A stretch of DNA of 64,000 bases, taken from assembly GCA_973895155.1 (NCBI GenBank), contig OZ316893.1, forward strand, positions 20,216,857-20,280,856, given 5' to 3'. This document shows, piece by piece, positions 1 to 11,643 of the stretch. The DNA is from Marsupella aquatica (Eukaryota; Plantae; Marchantiophyta). Every line of letters begins with the position of its first letter. Position 1 is the first letter of the stretch. The notes below the pieces were generated by a model, which did not search any database, was not told the origin of the DNA, and saw only the letters and a program-made list of their open reading frames with translations. Both the position numbers and the translations under genes were made by a program.

Positions 1-1744
1 CTGGGAGATCTTCTCCTCCAAGCAGGAAACACACCCGACTTCTCCGTGCCAAAGAGTTGGCAATGAACATCAGAGCTCGTTTGATCTCACAAAGGGGAAT
101 TAGATTTGCTACATAGGCTTGCTAGACGTCTGTGGGGCTGGTAGATTCTGTTGACAAATGGTGATTGTTGGGATCTCTCCCATTTCGTGGACTGTGAAAA
201 TCTGCAATCTGTTGGAGGCTTTTGATTAGGGGAATGCTCTGGGACTTGTCTGTGCTTCTGAGAAGATAGTAGGCTTTGGATTGTGCGGCACTTATTTATG
301 GATTCTCAAGGTCACTTGCCTGTTGGCTTTTATGTTGTTTTTTTTGGCCTTTCTGGCTTCTGTTGCCTTTGGGCTTGCTGGTTCCCCTCATCCGTGGGGT
401 TCACGCGGAATAAATGTTTAATTTTAAAAAAAAATTAAAAAAAATTTAAAAGTATTTAAGTGCACCAATGATTTTGCATAATATGTGTTTTGTTCCTGAC
501 TAGATTAGGGTAGTTTGTGCTCCAATTCGCCTTTGTTTTGTTTTTTATCTCACTGTGATGTGGCCATACAATTTAGGTGCTCCAATTTGTCTCCTTGTGT
601 CACTCTTATCTTATTATATTGTGACCTTACAGTTTATGTGTGCCACTTAATTAGTCTCCTTGCTTTTTGCTCATCTCATGGTGTTGCGGCCTTATAGTTT
701 AGGTAAACCCTGAACACTTGGTCACCTCATTTTCAATGTCTTTTGTCTCTGTTGTTTTTTCAACAAAAAAAAGCTAATGTCCCTTAGTTTTGTTTTTCTT
801 TCCAAATGCAGAAAGGTTCATGCCCCATTCTTTTTGTTTCCAAGGTAAAAAGGTATGTGCCAAAGATGCTTGACGAAGCCTTCTTACGAATCAAAGTTCA
901 TAACACAAATGATAAATTGTGTATTTTCCTTTATGTCCATTCCTAGAAAGGAGGCTCGTGTCCAATAAGACATCCTCCTGGAATGCACTCTTCCTACAAG
1001 CATTTTCATGGGTTAAGGCAGAGCAGGGTGCCAGTGCAGCATGATGCCATCCAATGCTGTTTGGTGGGGTGAGGTAAGCCATGATTGTCTTATGCAAGAA
1101 GGTGTTGTGCTTGCACTAGTGCCCTGGGTCGCAAAATGACCAACCATAGTGAAAGCTCATGCATAAATTCTCAAAACAAATCCATCAGCATGTTTGTGGC
1201 TATACTTGCGCTAACCCAGCCCCGAGGTCCTCACTTATTTCCTTTCTACCCATCACAAAATAAGTATAGGGTTGGTTTGTTGGGTTTAGAAAGATAATTT
1301 TAAATTTTTGTAGAAGAACATTAGGGTTTTTTAAATCCAATTTTGAGAATCATAAAAAACAGATAGGGTCTTAGAATGAATTTTGGGAATATTTTTAGAA
1401 TATTCCCAAAAGATAGGGGTAGACAAATAGTTCAAAAAACTTCTTATTTTTTAGGGTGTTTAGTAGCTAAAAATGCAGAGGGTGATATGAGAACCCCTTT
1501 AGAGTGAGGCCCCCAAGAACCCAACATCATACCAACCAGGTCACCAACTCTGTAGGCTGTAACTAAGTTGATTGCCTACTATTGTAAACCCTCCCCTCCA
1601 AGCTTGGTTTGATGCCAAAGTGCATGCAGACTTTTGTCGCAAATTTTACTATTTTGCGCATTTTGCCAGTAGGACAAGAAACTTCTCCAATTTGCACAAA
1701 ATGTTTGGGAGGCCAGTTTCACTAGTACATTTTGAGCCCTTTTA

Positions 1745-2160
1745 CCGATCCTCTTTCTATCGGACGCCTTCGGAAAATCTGCGGTGAAACTTTAAGACAT
1801 CCGATTGTTTCTATTTTGCAAAGTCCAATTTCCCAAGAATCGGAAAAAGACAATCGGAAATGAATCGAAACTACCAATTATTTTGGGATCGGACGTTTCG
1901 TTTATTTTTGTTTCGGATTTTACGGTGCCCGATTTATTGTGTATCGGATATTCCTTCCGTCCATTCTAGCAAAGTTGGGAATTCCTATACAAATGTGATG
2001 GAAATAGCATCAGAATGTTTGATATTTTTGAAGTCGGGAAGAGCGATGTCAAGACAAACGGATGTTTTGATATGTGTAATGTCGGACTTTGCGATACCTG
2101 TGATATCGGAAATTGCGATGATATTGGTTTTGGAAATTACGATCGTTATGACATCGGATA
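1745..2160. repeat. CACTA left subterminal repeat region (ATCGGA/TCCGAT motifs in both orientations)
   Basis: Dense recurrence of atcggaaa, atcggacg, tccgatt and gtcggac motifs immediately inside the left TIR. Confidence 0.8.
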
Positions 2161-2573
2161 TAGTTTGGTACCAACAAAATGTGTTTGCAAATGGGTTGCC
2201 GGTTTCAAATGGGAGGCCTAATTGCAGGGGGTTTTAGCTTGGGTGCAATTTTAAACAATTATTGAGGTCCAATATTTAGGGTATAGGGTATTTGATTCAA
2301 GGGAGACTTGATACATGGGGAAGGATGACATGGCAAAAGTATACATAGATGGATCATAGACAAAAATGTAATATCTAGAGGAAAATTTAGTACAAAAAAT
2401 GGAGAACGTACATATACATATATACACGGTGCAAAATATCCTAAAGGCAGGGCATAACAAATCCAAATAGTGCCCTCCAACTAGCCACCTAGCTAGCCTA
2501 GTACTATGTATGTCTACCTAGCCACTATACATACAAGCTATGCCGCGTCTTCCTCTTCTTCAGGCGGGAGCGA

Positions 2574-5343
2574 CTAGGCTGGTATGCGGTATGAGTCTCT
2601 ACTACTGGTACATCGGGTAGTGCCTGATGGTCTTGACCACCTAATGTGGCTCCATCCTCTCCTGGTGAACGAGTGCAGAAGTAATCTCTGGTACCCCCCA
2701 TCTCCAGATGTTGTTGAACCATGGGAGGGCACCCCTTCCCCAACACAAGTGTGGAAAGAAGCCCCTCCAGTGCCACCACCACTACCCCCCTCAAGCCGAA
2801 AATCACCTCCACCACTACCACCAGAACCTCCAGACTGGCCAATAGCAATGCCACCACCACCACTATGAGGGTGAGAAATAGAGCTAGCCCTCAACTGACG
2901 AGGAGGAACACCACCACCAGCACTACCCCCCTCAGGCCAAGACTCACCTCCACCACTATGGCGAGAACCTCCTGACTGGCTCCCTACACCACCACTATTA
3001 ATGAGAGATGGTGTGGGCACATGACTAACAAACCTCTCCCCTGACTGTCTTGAACCACCTGGTACACTACCAGGGCCAGCCCTAAACTGACTATACGCAA
3101 CACCACCACCACTACCCCCTACAGGCCGAGACTCACCTCCACCACTACGGCTGGAACCTCCAGACTGTCTAACAACACGACCACTGTCAGCATGAGATGG
3201 TGCGAGTGCATGAACACAAACCCCCTCGGACTGTCGAGAAGCACCTGGTACAACATCAGGTCCAACCCTAAACTGATGAGGAGCAACACCACCCCCTTGG
3301 CCACCTCCAGCAGCTGGAACCCGAGATGCACTACCAACCCCTCGACCACCTCCAGCAGCTAGAACCCGAGACGCACTACCAACCCCTCGGCCACCTCTAG
3401 CAACTGGAACCCGAGACGCACTACCAACCCCTCGGCCACCTCCAGTAGCTGGAACTCGGGACCCACTACCACCACTCCTGCCTGGTAATCTCCGATGAGG
3501 AGGCATATCGCCTCTAGTGCTCTCCATCCGGCAAGTAGGGCCACCTACACCCCTACTAGACTGGTGACGTCCTCTCTCACGGGATCTTGACCAACCATGT
3601 GCATGACTAGAAGGTTGTACTGGAGCCTCGGCCACACTCCCCTCCAAGGCACTGTCCTCCTCATCCTCCCCCTCAGCATCCTCCTCACTACTCTCCAAGT
3701 CCTCCTCACCCCCCTCATCATCCTGCACATTACATTAATCCCCAATCCATATTTGTCATTCAATTCCGCATGTATGAAATGTAAGCCATCTATGATCAAT
3801 TTAATAACCACACTTACCAGCGCCAATATGTCCTCCATGTGAATCTTCAGAGCCCGTGCACCGTGCTCCTTTGCCAACTCCCTCTCTGCCGGCAACAATG
3901 GTCGTCCATGCTCCTTCTCCTACACACCCCATTCACATGCCACCCCACCTAATGTAAATTATTGCAACCATACCCTGGACTAAACACCTCAACCCTTAAA
4001 CATTAAATTACCATTCAAAACACTTAGCCGTTCGCCATCGCCAAATTAAAAATTTTGAATTTTGAATTTTCCGATACTAAAAGAATCGGTGCCCTCAATG
4101 GTTCCGATTTTTTTATAACTTCCGATGTTGCATCCGATACTTTAAGAGTCGGACTGAAATCAGACATTACAGTTCAAGAGGAAAAAAACTAAGGCATACA
4201 CGCGTACCGTAGCAACTTGATCAATGGCACTACAAACAAAGACCTTGCGCAGGTTTGAAAAGGCAGGCATTTGTCAATTGGCCTCAGGTGATTAGGAAGG
4301 AGGACTGTTGCTACTGAACAAAGGCATGGAGAGGAGGGGAGTGGAGCACTTACAAAATTGGCCTTGAGATGCTGCGAGCCACCCTGCCCCATCCTGTGAG
4401 TGACCTTTGGCCTCTTTTCCACTCTCAATAGAGCCTTCGTTAGCCAGGATGGTGGGTCTCCAAGCTGTGTTGATCTCATTGACCAATCTTGAAGCTCTTG
4501 ATGCATGGCCTCAATACTCATGAGCTCTCCTTGTTGAATCTTTTTCTGAGCTTCTGTGATTTCAGCTTCCCAATGTCGTGTGGCTTGCCAAGCTCGAACC
4601 TGCAATTCTTCTTCAAGCCAAGCACACCAGGCATTGTCGGGAATCTCACCACCCGGGCATCGACCTTTCTTGATCACCTCCTCATCCAGTTTGCAATCAG
4701 CCAAGTACCTGCGCATCTTCTCCCTTACATGATTTCGCATGTCTGCAAGTGAGACTGAGATTTTTTTGCTTAAGAATCGATCATCCAAGAAAGACCCATT
4801 CAAAAACTTCTCCTTGATTTGCTCTCTAATTCAAAATCTCTCGTCCTGCTTCTTCTTCCCCCAATAGTCCATGGGGCCAAAATGAGACCTCACAATCTGC
4901 CTGAGCTGACTCCGGAACAAACGATAACTCTTGGACAGTGGACCCCCTCCCTCATTCAGAAATAGTTTTGGCCTCTTGGCCCTTTCCTCTGCCTTCCTCT
5001 TCTCCTCCTCAATCCTTTGTTGTTCTGCAGCTCGAGCCTCCCTTTGTAGGCTCTTCTCCTTTTGTCTTGGGGAAAGGGCCTCAATTGGTCTCTCTCCCTC
5101 GTCCTCCCTTGTCCTCCGCTTCTTCTTCCTTTGCCTCTCCTCCTCAAGCCTACATTCAAATCTCTTCTCTGCATCAGTCATGGCTGCCTTCTGGGAACTG
5201 TCAATCAGGCCCTGAGTAAGCTGAGCTGCCTGCAGTGCAACCTCCGCAGAGAGGCCCACCTTCTCCTTGACCAATTGGGCCATGATCTCACCATAGCTCA
5301 TGGACGGCCCGACACCATCTCCCCCTCCAACATTGCCTTCCAT
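2574..5343 (-). pseudogene. TnpA-like (Ptta/En-Spm, Transposase_24-type) second gene of the CACTA element, 3 exons
   Basis: ATG at 5343. Exons 5343-4354, 3919-3818 and 3722-2574 are joined by phase-0 GT-AG introns. One in-frame TGA at 4831-4833 (ERF*IREQIK). Motifs YWGKK...EKF, IPDNAWCAW and KVTHRMGQGGSQHLKANF/EKEHGRP resemble TnpA-like proteins. C-terminus is acidic, then Gly/Ser/Arg-rich. Confidence 0.7.
3301..3460 (-). repeat. 45-bp tandem repeat (~3.5 copies) encoding GGGRGVGSASRVPAA
   Basis: ccacctc unit starts at 3301, 3346, 3391 and 3436. Confidence 0.9.
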
Positions 5344-6435
5344 AGCTGCAAGCTCCGCAAATGTGCTTGTCAAATGCTTCCGATGTTTGTCCCGACTGAA
5401 GTGCTTTTGCACTTTAGTCAGGAAACCTAAAACCCTGAAAACCATAAAGTCTGATACTTTTAATATCACAAATTCCGACCCTAACTGCATCAGAAAATGT
5501 ATCGGAAATACCGACATTGTGAGAATCGGACCCCTCCTCTATAGTGATCGGACCTAGCTAGCCCTCCTTTGCGGTTTGTTAAGGATTATAATTAAAATGG
5601 GATGACCTTGGCATTTGGATTCCTATGTATACTAGTGGCGCCCCCTTTTGTGTTTTGGGGGTTACTTATGTGGATATTGTGGGCTTCTTTATTAGGTGTG
5701 GCATGCAAAGAATGGACATTTAGTTGGCATCACAAAACACACACACACACACCCATTTTTGTTTGGTATGTACACATGGATGATATTGAATACATATGTA
5801 CCTAGCTAGATATACATTGCTTTCTGGTTGAATCTAATTCAATTCCTATTTCACCATGGGGTTTGACAGGCCATATGCATGGTGCAACTTTTGGGCACTA
5901 AGAATAGATTCAAATAAAAACTCAACATTCTAGTGTCGTGTTGTGCAGCTTGTTTTTTGTTTTTGGAGGGTCGGGTTGTTGGTTTTCCTTGGATTTTGAG
6001 TAGGGTTCATTTTGCCAATGCATTATGCACAGTGAGAGTCCGCGCATTCAAAAGGTATGATATCCTCTAAAATATCTCAAAATCATTAGACATGATGCAT
6101 TAGTTGTGGCATGGGACTTTAAAATTGCACATCCAACTCTTCATTCATATTTGTTAACTTTATTAATTCTTGTTTTGTTAAGGTTGAGATGTATTCTTAT
6201 CTCATCTTCAACTTCCCCACCTAGCCTGTACATGCAGGTATTTTCGATTGGCCTTAGCATATAGTCTAAGGTTCAATTAGAGCCTAGTTGGCACTGTAGA
6301 GCGGATATTATTCAGGTACAAAGTCCAACTTTGCTAATTATTAACATACAATTCCAATTTGGGTTAACGTCAAGTTAAGGTGATGAATGTTGAATTTGGG
6401 TAAAAACTTGTTTGTGTGTAATTAATTGGCAGACA

Positions 6436-6664
6436 ATGTCAACTTCTGGGAGTGCGGATACAGATTCCGACTCCAACATGTCTTCTTCTCAGGGGGAAAT
6501 TCCTCCCCCCTGAACGGCCTTGGGTGCCCCCTCCATTGGGCCCTATTCCATGCTAGTGTGCTAGATGTAAAGGAATGGTGGTGCGTCAAGCGTGGCAGTC
6601 CATTGAACACATCGAAGACTATGGGAGGCATGAAGGTGATTTACCAGGATATTCAGCTCGCCAG
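6436..6664 (+). pseudogene. First coding exon of the CACTA transposase unit, with transposase-associated Cys/His motif
   Basis: ATG at 6436 follows an AG acceptor. With one extra C in the C-run near 6505-6510 and one TAG at 6554, it reads MSTSGS...PIPC*CARCKGMVVRQAWQSIEHIEDYGRH...ARQ, like the CPCxxC...HL..GF N-terminal domain of plant CACTA transposases. Donor CAG|GTATTG at 6664/6665. Confidence 0.65.
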
Positions 6665-6774
6665 GTATTGCTTGACATAATCTCCGCTATGATACACTAT
6701 ATATCATAATAGTTGGGTCGGGAACTTTAATTTAGGATACAATTATTAATTATTGTTTGTTTATGATTGAATAG

Positions 6775-8181
6775 GTGCTACGTAGGCCCCCTACTCCATT
6801 GGTCTCTAGGCAACTATGGCATGATGCATTCCTAGCTGGTGCTAGAGAGTTACTTGCATCATCAGTTGAAGATGCTGACCAAGCATCTACCCCCACCCAT
6901 GTTGACACAAATGTTCTTTGTGAACCCACATTGGTAGACTCAGAGCATGATAGACATGATGCACCACCACCTACTAGGGTTCTACGCACACGACCCCATT
7001 CTCATAGACAAAGATGTCAACATGTAGTCATTAACACAGACCCAACCCATGAGCATTTTGGAAACAGTGATATGCCTCCACTAGGGGAGGAGTACATAGC
7101 AGTTGAAGGGACGTTGGGCTTATCATATGTGACGGGCAAGGCAATGAGTGTCTTGAAGGATTTTTCCCCTGAGATATTTGCGATTCCATCTGGCATAGGT
7201 ATTGAAATCCCAGTACATATTTGGGGTCGGCAATGGATAGTGAAGGCATCGACCCTTGGTGGCGAGGTTGGATTAGGCTTATTTGCTTTGGAGGATATTG
7301 TGGTCCCTCCAAAGCCTTGGCGTCGTGGTTGTGATGGGGAGCACCTTTTCCCTTACATTGGGCCTGTGTATACATCCAAGAGTTGGAAGATCCTTTTACG
7401 CCAACATCCAGCTTGGGGGGTATATGCATTGCAGATGGACTCGGACCCAGATGAGGTCCTACGAAGGCCTTGGCATTGTAGGATGATTGATGGGGACCCT
7501 GTGTGTTCAGATAACATAGTAGGGTACATCAATAGTACACATGGTAGAGGGCGAGGAGTGCAACCTAATGTAGAGTGGGCTCAGATTTTTGGTCCACCCA
7601 CTCTGCCTTATTATGTCACTCATATGGATGATCATGTGATGACAATAGTCATTAGGAATATTGTTGAGTATAGACGATAATCGTAACGGTAAGCACATAA
7701 CATATCCAACATGCAAGTAGTCGACACAAGAGATACGTGGTTCACCTCCTTGAGGCTACGTCCACGGGAACACACAAGAGAGCTTTACTAAACTCTAAGC
7801 CCGTCGGCTATACCGAGTCTCCACAGTGTAAGCTCTCCCTATCTCTCAAGTGGCTCCATAACAATGAGCCTTGGTTCTACCTCTCCAAGCACACGTGCCT
7901 CTTATGATATAGTGTGCAATTTAGTTAACCTAACCACATTGTTGTACCTAATCACGTAGTTGTACCTAACCACATTGTTGTACCTAATCATGTAATTGTA
8001 CCTAACCACGTAGTTGTACCAAACCATGTTGTTGTACCAACCCACATTGTTGTACCAACCACGTCATACCTAACCTAGACATAAGAGTAAATACCCAACA
8101 AATATTAGGGCAGGTGAGGAATTATTTTGTGACTATGAGTGGAACACACCCAAGTTGGCTGTTCGATCTGGCCCTAGTTAG
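6775..8181 (+). pseudogene. SET-domain protein exon inside the CACTA element, interrupted by a solo LTR
   Basis: Acceptor ATAG|GTG at 6774/6775. ORF contains VKASTLGGEVGLGLFALEDI, FPYIG, IDGD..NIVGYINST..PNV. Removing 7662-8100 plus one TSD restores ...MTIVIRNIRAGEELFCDYEWNTPKLAVRSGPS* (stop 8179-8181), giving the canonical SET motif series. Confidence 0.85.
7662..8100 (-). mobile_element. Solo LTR (439 bp), related to the copia LTRs at 27691/36679
   Basis: TG...CA ends. 5-bp TSD AATAT at 7657-7661 and 8101-8105. First ~210 bp align with 27691-27910 (gagatacgtggttcacctcc, gaggctacgtccacgggaacacacaagag). ~20-bp ttgtacctaaccac tandem repeats at 7930-8060. Confidence 0.92.
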
Positions 8182-8301
8182 TATACATATATATATGTAT
8201 TCCCCATTTTTTGAGTAATAATTAAAAAATGTGTATTTTTGGACAACCCCATGAGCTAATTAACTCAAGCTTATATATATGTTTTATGTGTTGTATGATA
8301 G

Positions 8302-11300
8302 AATGCATATGTTGAGCCAGATGTTGGGGTATTACCACGAGCTATGCGGCAACACCTTGTTGAGGCCATGGAGGATTGGCAACAGGCCTCCCTCCCACCA
8401 GATGGCGATCCAGATGTCCCACACCAAGTACCAGATGCCTCCCAAGCAAGAGTTGATGACGATAGGGCCATGGATGAGTTGATGCACCAATTCTATGACG
8501 ATGTTCATGAGGAGGCTGATTGGGAGAACATTGTAGAGGTCCCTCCTCCACGTCAACAAGGTCAGCGGAGTTCATTCTCCAAACAATGGGAGGAAGCTCG
8601 ACAACATGCTCAAACTCGGATATATGATGGGTCACATTTGTCTCGTCTTTCAGCAATAATGTTGTTGTTGAACTTGCAGCAAAGACATGGAGCAAGCAAC
8701 CTACTTCTCGATGATCTGTTTCGTTCATTGCATGATCTGGTGTTGCCAGAAGGAAACAACTTGCCAAGCTCTTGGAAAGAGACTAAAAAGGTGTTGAAAT
8801 CCATAGGCGTCAAGTATGAAGTCATACATGCTTGTGTGAATGATTGTGTTCTCTTTAGAGGCAATTATAAAGATGCAACATCATGTCCTGTATGTGAGAA
8901 TCCAAGGTATCGTGAGGACATGTTGATAGGAAAAGTACCTCAAAAGGTCATGAGGTACTTCCCTCTTATACCTCGTTTGCGCCACCAATATAGATGTGCT
9001 GAGTTGGCTGAGTATATGGTTTGGCATTCCCAACATCGCTCAGATATGAGTTCACAACCACCCACCATGCACATGATGGTTGACTCCCTCGCAAACAGGT
9101 TTGTGGAGGAGAGGTGGGGCGAGTTCCGGACAGACCCACGTCATGTTCGTCTAGGTTTGGCAGCAGATGGCATCAGCCCATTTGCACTAGCAGGTAAGGC
9201 CCAGCCATATTCACTATGGCCAGTGGTCCTTACTAATTATAACATCCCTCCATGGATGTCCATGAAGAAGGGTCATTTGCTGCTTTCTATGATTATCCCT
9301 GGCCCTAAGCAAGTGAAAAAAATTGATGTGTACTTGCAACCATTGATTGAGGAGCTGCAAAAGCTTTGGAGGGGTGTGGATTGCTATGATGGAAGAGTGC
9401 AAACAGGGGGTTTACATCGAGAATTTAAGTTGAAGGCCATTCTTATGTGGACCATACATGATCTTCCAGGTATGTATCTTTGTTAAATTACCCAAACATG
9501 CTTTGTTATGTAATGAGTTAAGAGCACGTCTTTTAATTAAGTTAATTATTTACTTATGGGCTATATTTTGAAACCATGCATATATATGCAGGGTTTGGAT
9601 ATATTTCTGGCCCTTACCACATCGGGATATCGAGCTTGCCCAACTTGTGGACCTGATTTGGAAGGAATAATGCGGCCAAAGTCCAAGACCTTACGGAAGA
9701 TAGTGTACATTGGTCACACCAAGTACCTCCCTCCCGACCATGATTGGAGGAGTGACCCCTTTTTATATGACACTGAGGATGGCCAACCAGACAGACAACC
9801 TCCACCTATTCCAAAAGATCTAGCATATTGGAAAGAGGTATGGGGGAGAGTATGTGACCCAGATGACCCATTGCAGTTTGCTCGGTGTGGCATGACTTGT
9901 TTATCCGCATTGTCACAATTGCCTTATTGGGCTGAGATGCCACTTAACCATTTATTTGATCCTATGCACATCGAGGGAAATGTTGGGAGGTCCTTGATTC
10001 GCCATCTATATGGAGAGAAAGAAAACAACTGGAGAGAGAGTTGTGAAGAGATGGGGATGCATGGCCCTCATGGTTTTTGGCCATCTATGGATCCCGATAA
10101 TGCCCCCCTTACTATTCATCCTCCTTGGGTGTTGACAAGAGGTGAGCAAACTGAGTTTCGCAAACGCATTGGATCTATGCGATTTCCTACAGGATATGGT
10201 GCTAATCTCCGCAAGGCATTTGGTGGATCTGACTCTCCAAAATGGCCAACTTTCTTGAAGACCCATGATTACCATCATCTATTGCAGCATGTTATTCCAG
10301 TTGCTATTATTGGATTGGGTAGTGAGGATCTTTGTGATGCCCTTTAGTCATTGGGTAAGTTGTTGAGATGGGTGTGTCAAAAGGAGGTCAATGAGGATGA
10401 GGTGCAGCAATGGAGGTGTTTGGAGTGGAGGTTGTGTGCAAACTTGAGAGGGCCCTTCCTCCTTCATTTTTTGACGGTCAAGTTCATTTTCTACTACATC
10501 TAGTGCGTGAGGTTGGTATTGCAGGCCCTGTACATTGTCGTTGGATGTATTGGGTAGAGCGGTACATGGGATTGATGAAGTCCTATGTTTCAAATTGTGC
10601 AAACGTGGAAGGTAGCATTGCCAAGCGTCATCTTGGAGCAGAGAGCATGTTCTATTGTACAAACATTATTGCTACACTTGATCCAAATGCTCCAAAGGGG
10701 TGGATAGATGAGGCATCAAGAGAAGCAGACTATGAGGATGACCGTTTGACAGGTGCAAAGGGAGAATAACTTTTGGAACCTAGTGAGCGCACTAAACTCA
10801 CCACATTCATGTTGTATAACTCCCCAGAGATTGTTGGGGAGTGGACCACATTGTACGAGGAGGATAAGCACAATAGTTGGAGACCACGCTTATTTCCCAA
10901 ATTCCACATGTACATGAAGGGGAAGTTGTTGGAGGTGGATGCCTTGGTGGGTATTGGGGAGAGTGTATCACACTTCCCAAAGGTGACTAATGAGTTGCGC
11001 ACCTTCGTTCATGGACCACTACTTATAGTTACAACTAGGACTGCCATGTGGTCCAAGGGAAGACACTTTTGTGTGGAACGGCTTGATGACAAGAGGGCAG
11101 CTACACAAGATTGTGGGGTGATGGGTTGGTTCATCCAGGATTCACAAAGTAGCATCTCTGACACAAACCCCATCCGGTCTACTATAGCTCACTACGGAAA
11201 GATAGAAGAGATCCTTGTTGTAAAGTATCATGCGCATACAACATTGGAAGAGGTGGTGGTGAAGTGCAAATGGTTTTGGATGAATCTTGTTGGCCACAAT

Positions 11301-11549
11301 AGGACATGTGAAGAGGATCCTTGTGGCTTCACACGACTGAAGACAGGGGCTGTCATTAGCTCAAACTCCTCAGATCCTTTTGCATTCCCTCATCATCTTG
11401 AGCAGGCATTCTATCTCCCTTATCCTGATGACCCAGAGTGGTCCATTGTGATGCCCTACATTCCTCGATCACGGTCTATAGTCCAAGAACAACCAAATGT
11501 AGTTGTTGTTGAAGATTTGGAAACTGAGAATGTAGACCTAGTTACTTAG
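8302..11549 (+). pseudogene. CACTA transposase (Transposase_21/Tnp2 + DUF4218 + DUF4216-like), disrupted
   Basis: Motifs IHACVNDCVLFR..CPVC, DPRHVRLGLAADGISPF, YSLWPV..YNIPPW, WTIHDLPG, HLFDPMHIEGNV, LKTHDYH, PPSFFD..HLV..GPVHCRWMYWVER and DPFAFP..QAFY. Intron 9470-9591. Stops or frameshifts near 9611, 10345, 10409 and 10767. Confidence 0.95.
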
Positions 11550-11643
11550 GAATTCCATGGTAATAGCTAGGCAGCTAGCACTAGCTATATAGACCTAAAC
11601 GACCACTTGTCTCCATGTATTGATTTCATCGGCATATATATAT

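Noticed and set aside
1-450. Possible LINE 3' end with an A-rich tail
   Set aside because: AATAAA and A-runs are present at ~409-445, but there is no recognisable ORF2 motif and the element is cut off by the window edge.
780-1210. Possible piggyBac-like C-terminal remnant on the - strand (EFMHELSL...)
   Set aside because: Too degenerate; no diagnostic motif or termini found.
2584-2975. Pro/Thr-rich + strand ORFs resembling extensin or mucin
   Set aside because: They are antisense shadows of the Gly-rich last exon of the - strand TnpA-like gene, which has in-phase splice sites.
6426-6680. 84-aa ORF from the track (MADNVNFWEC...)
   Set aside because: Wrong frame. The frameshifted reading with the CxCxxC...H motif and a phase-0 donor explains the region better.
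7930-8060. 20-bp repeat array that could look CRISPR-like
   Set aside because: No unique spacers or cas genes, and the context is eukaryotic. It is part of a solo LTR.
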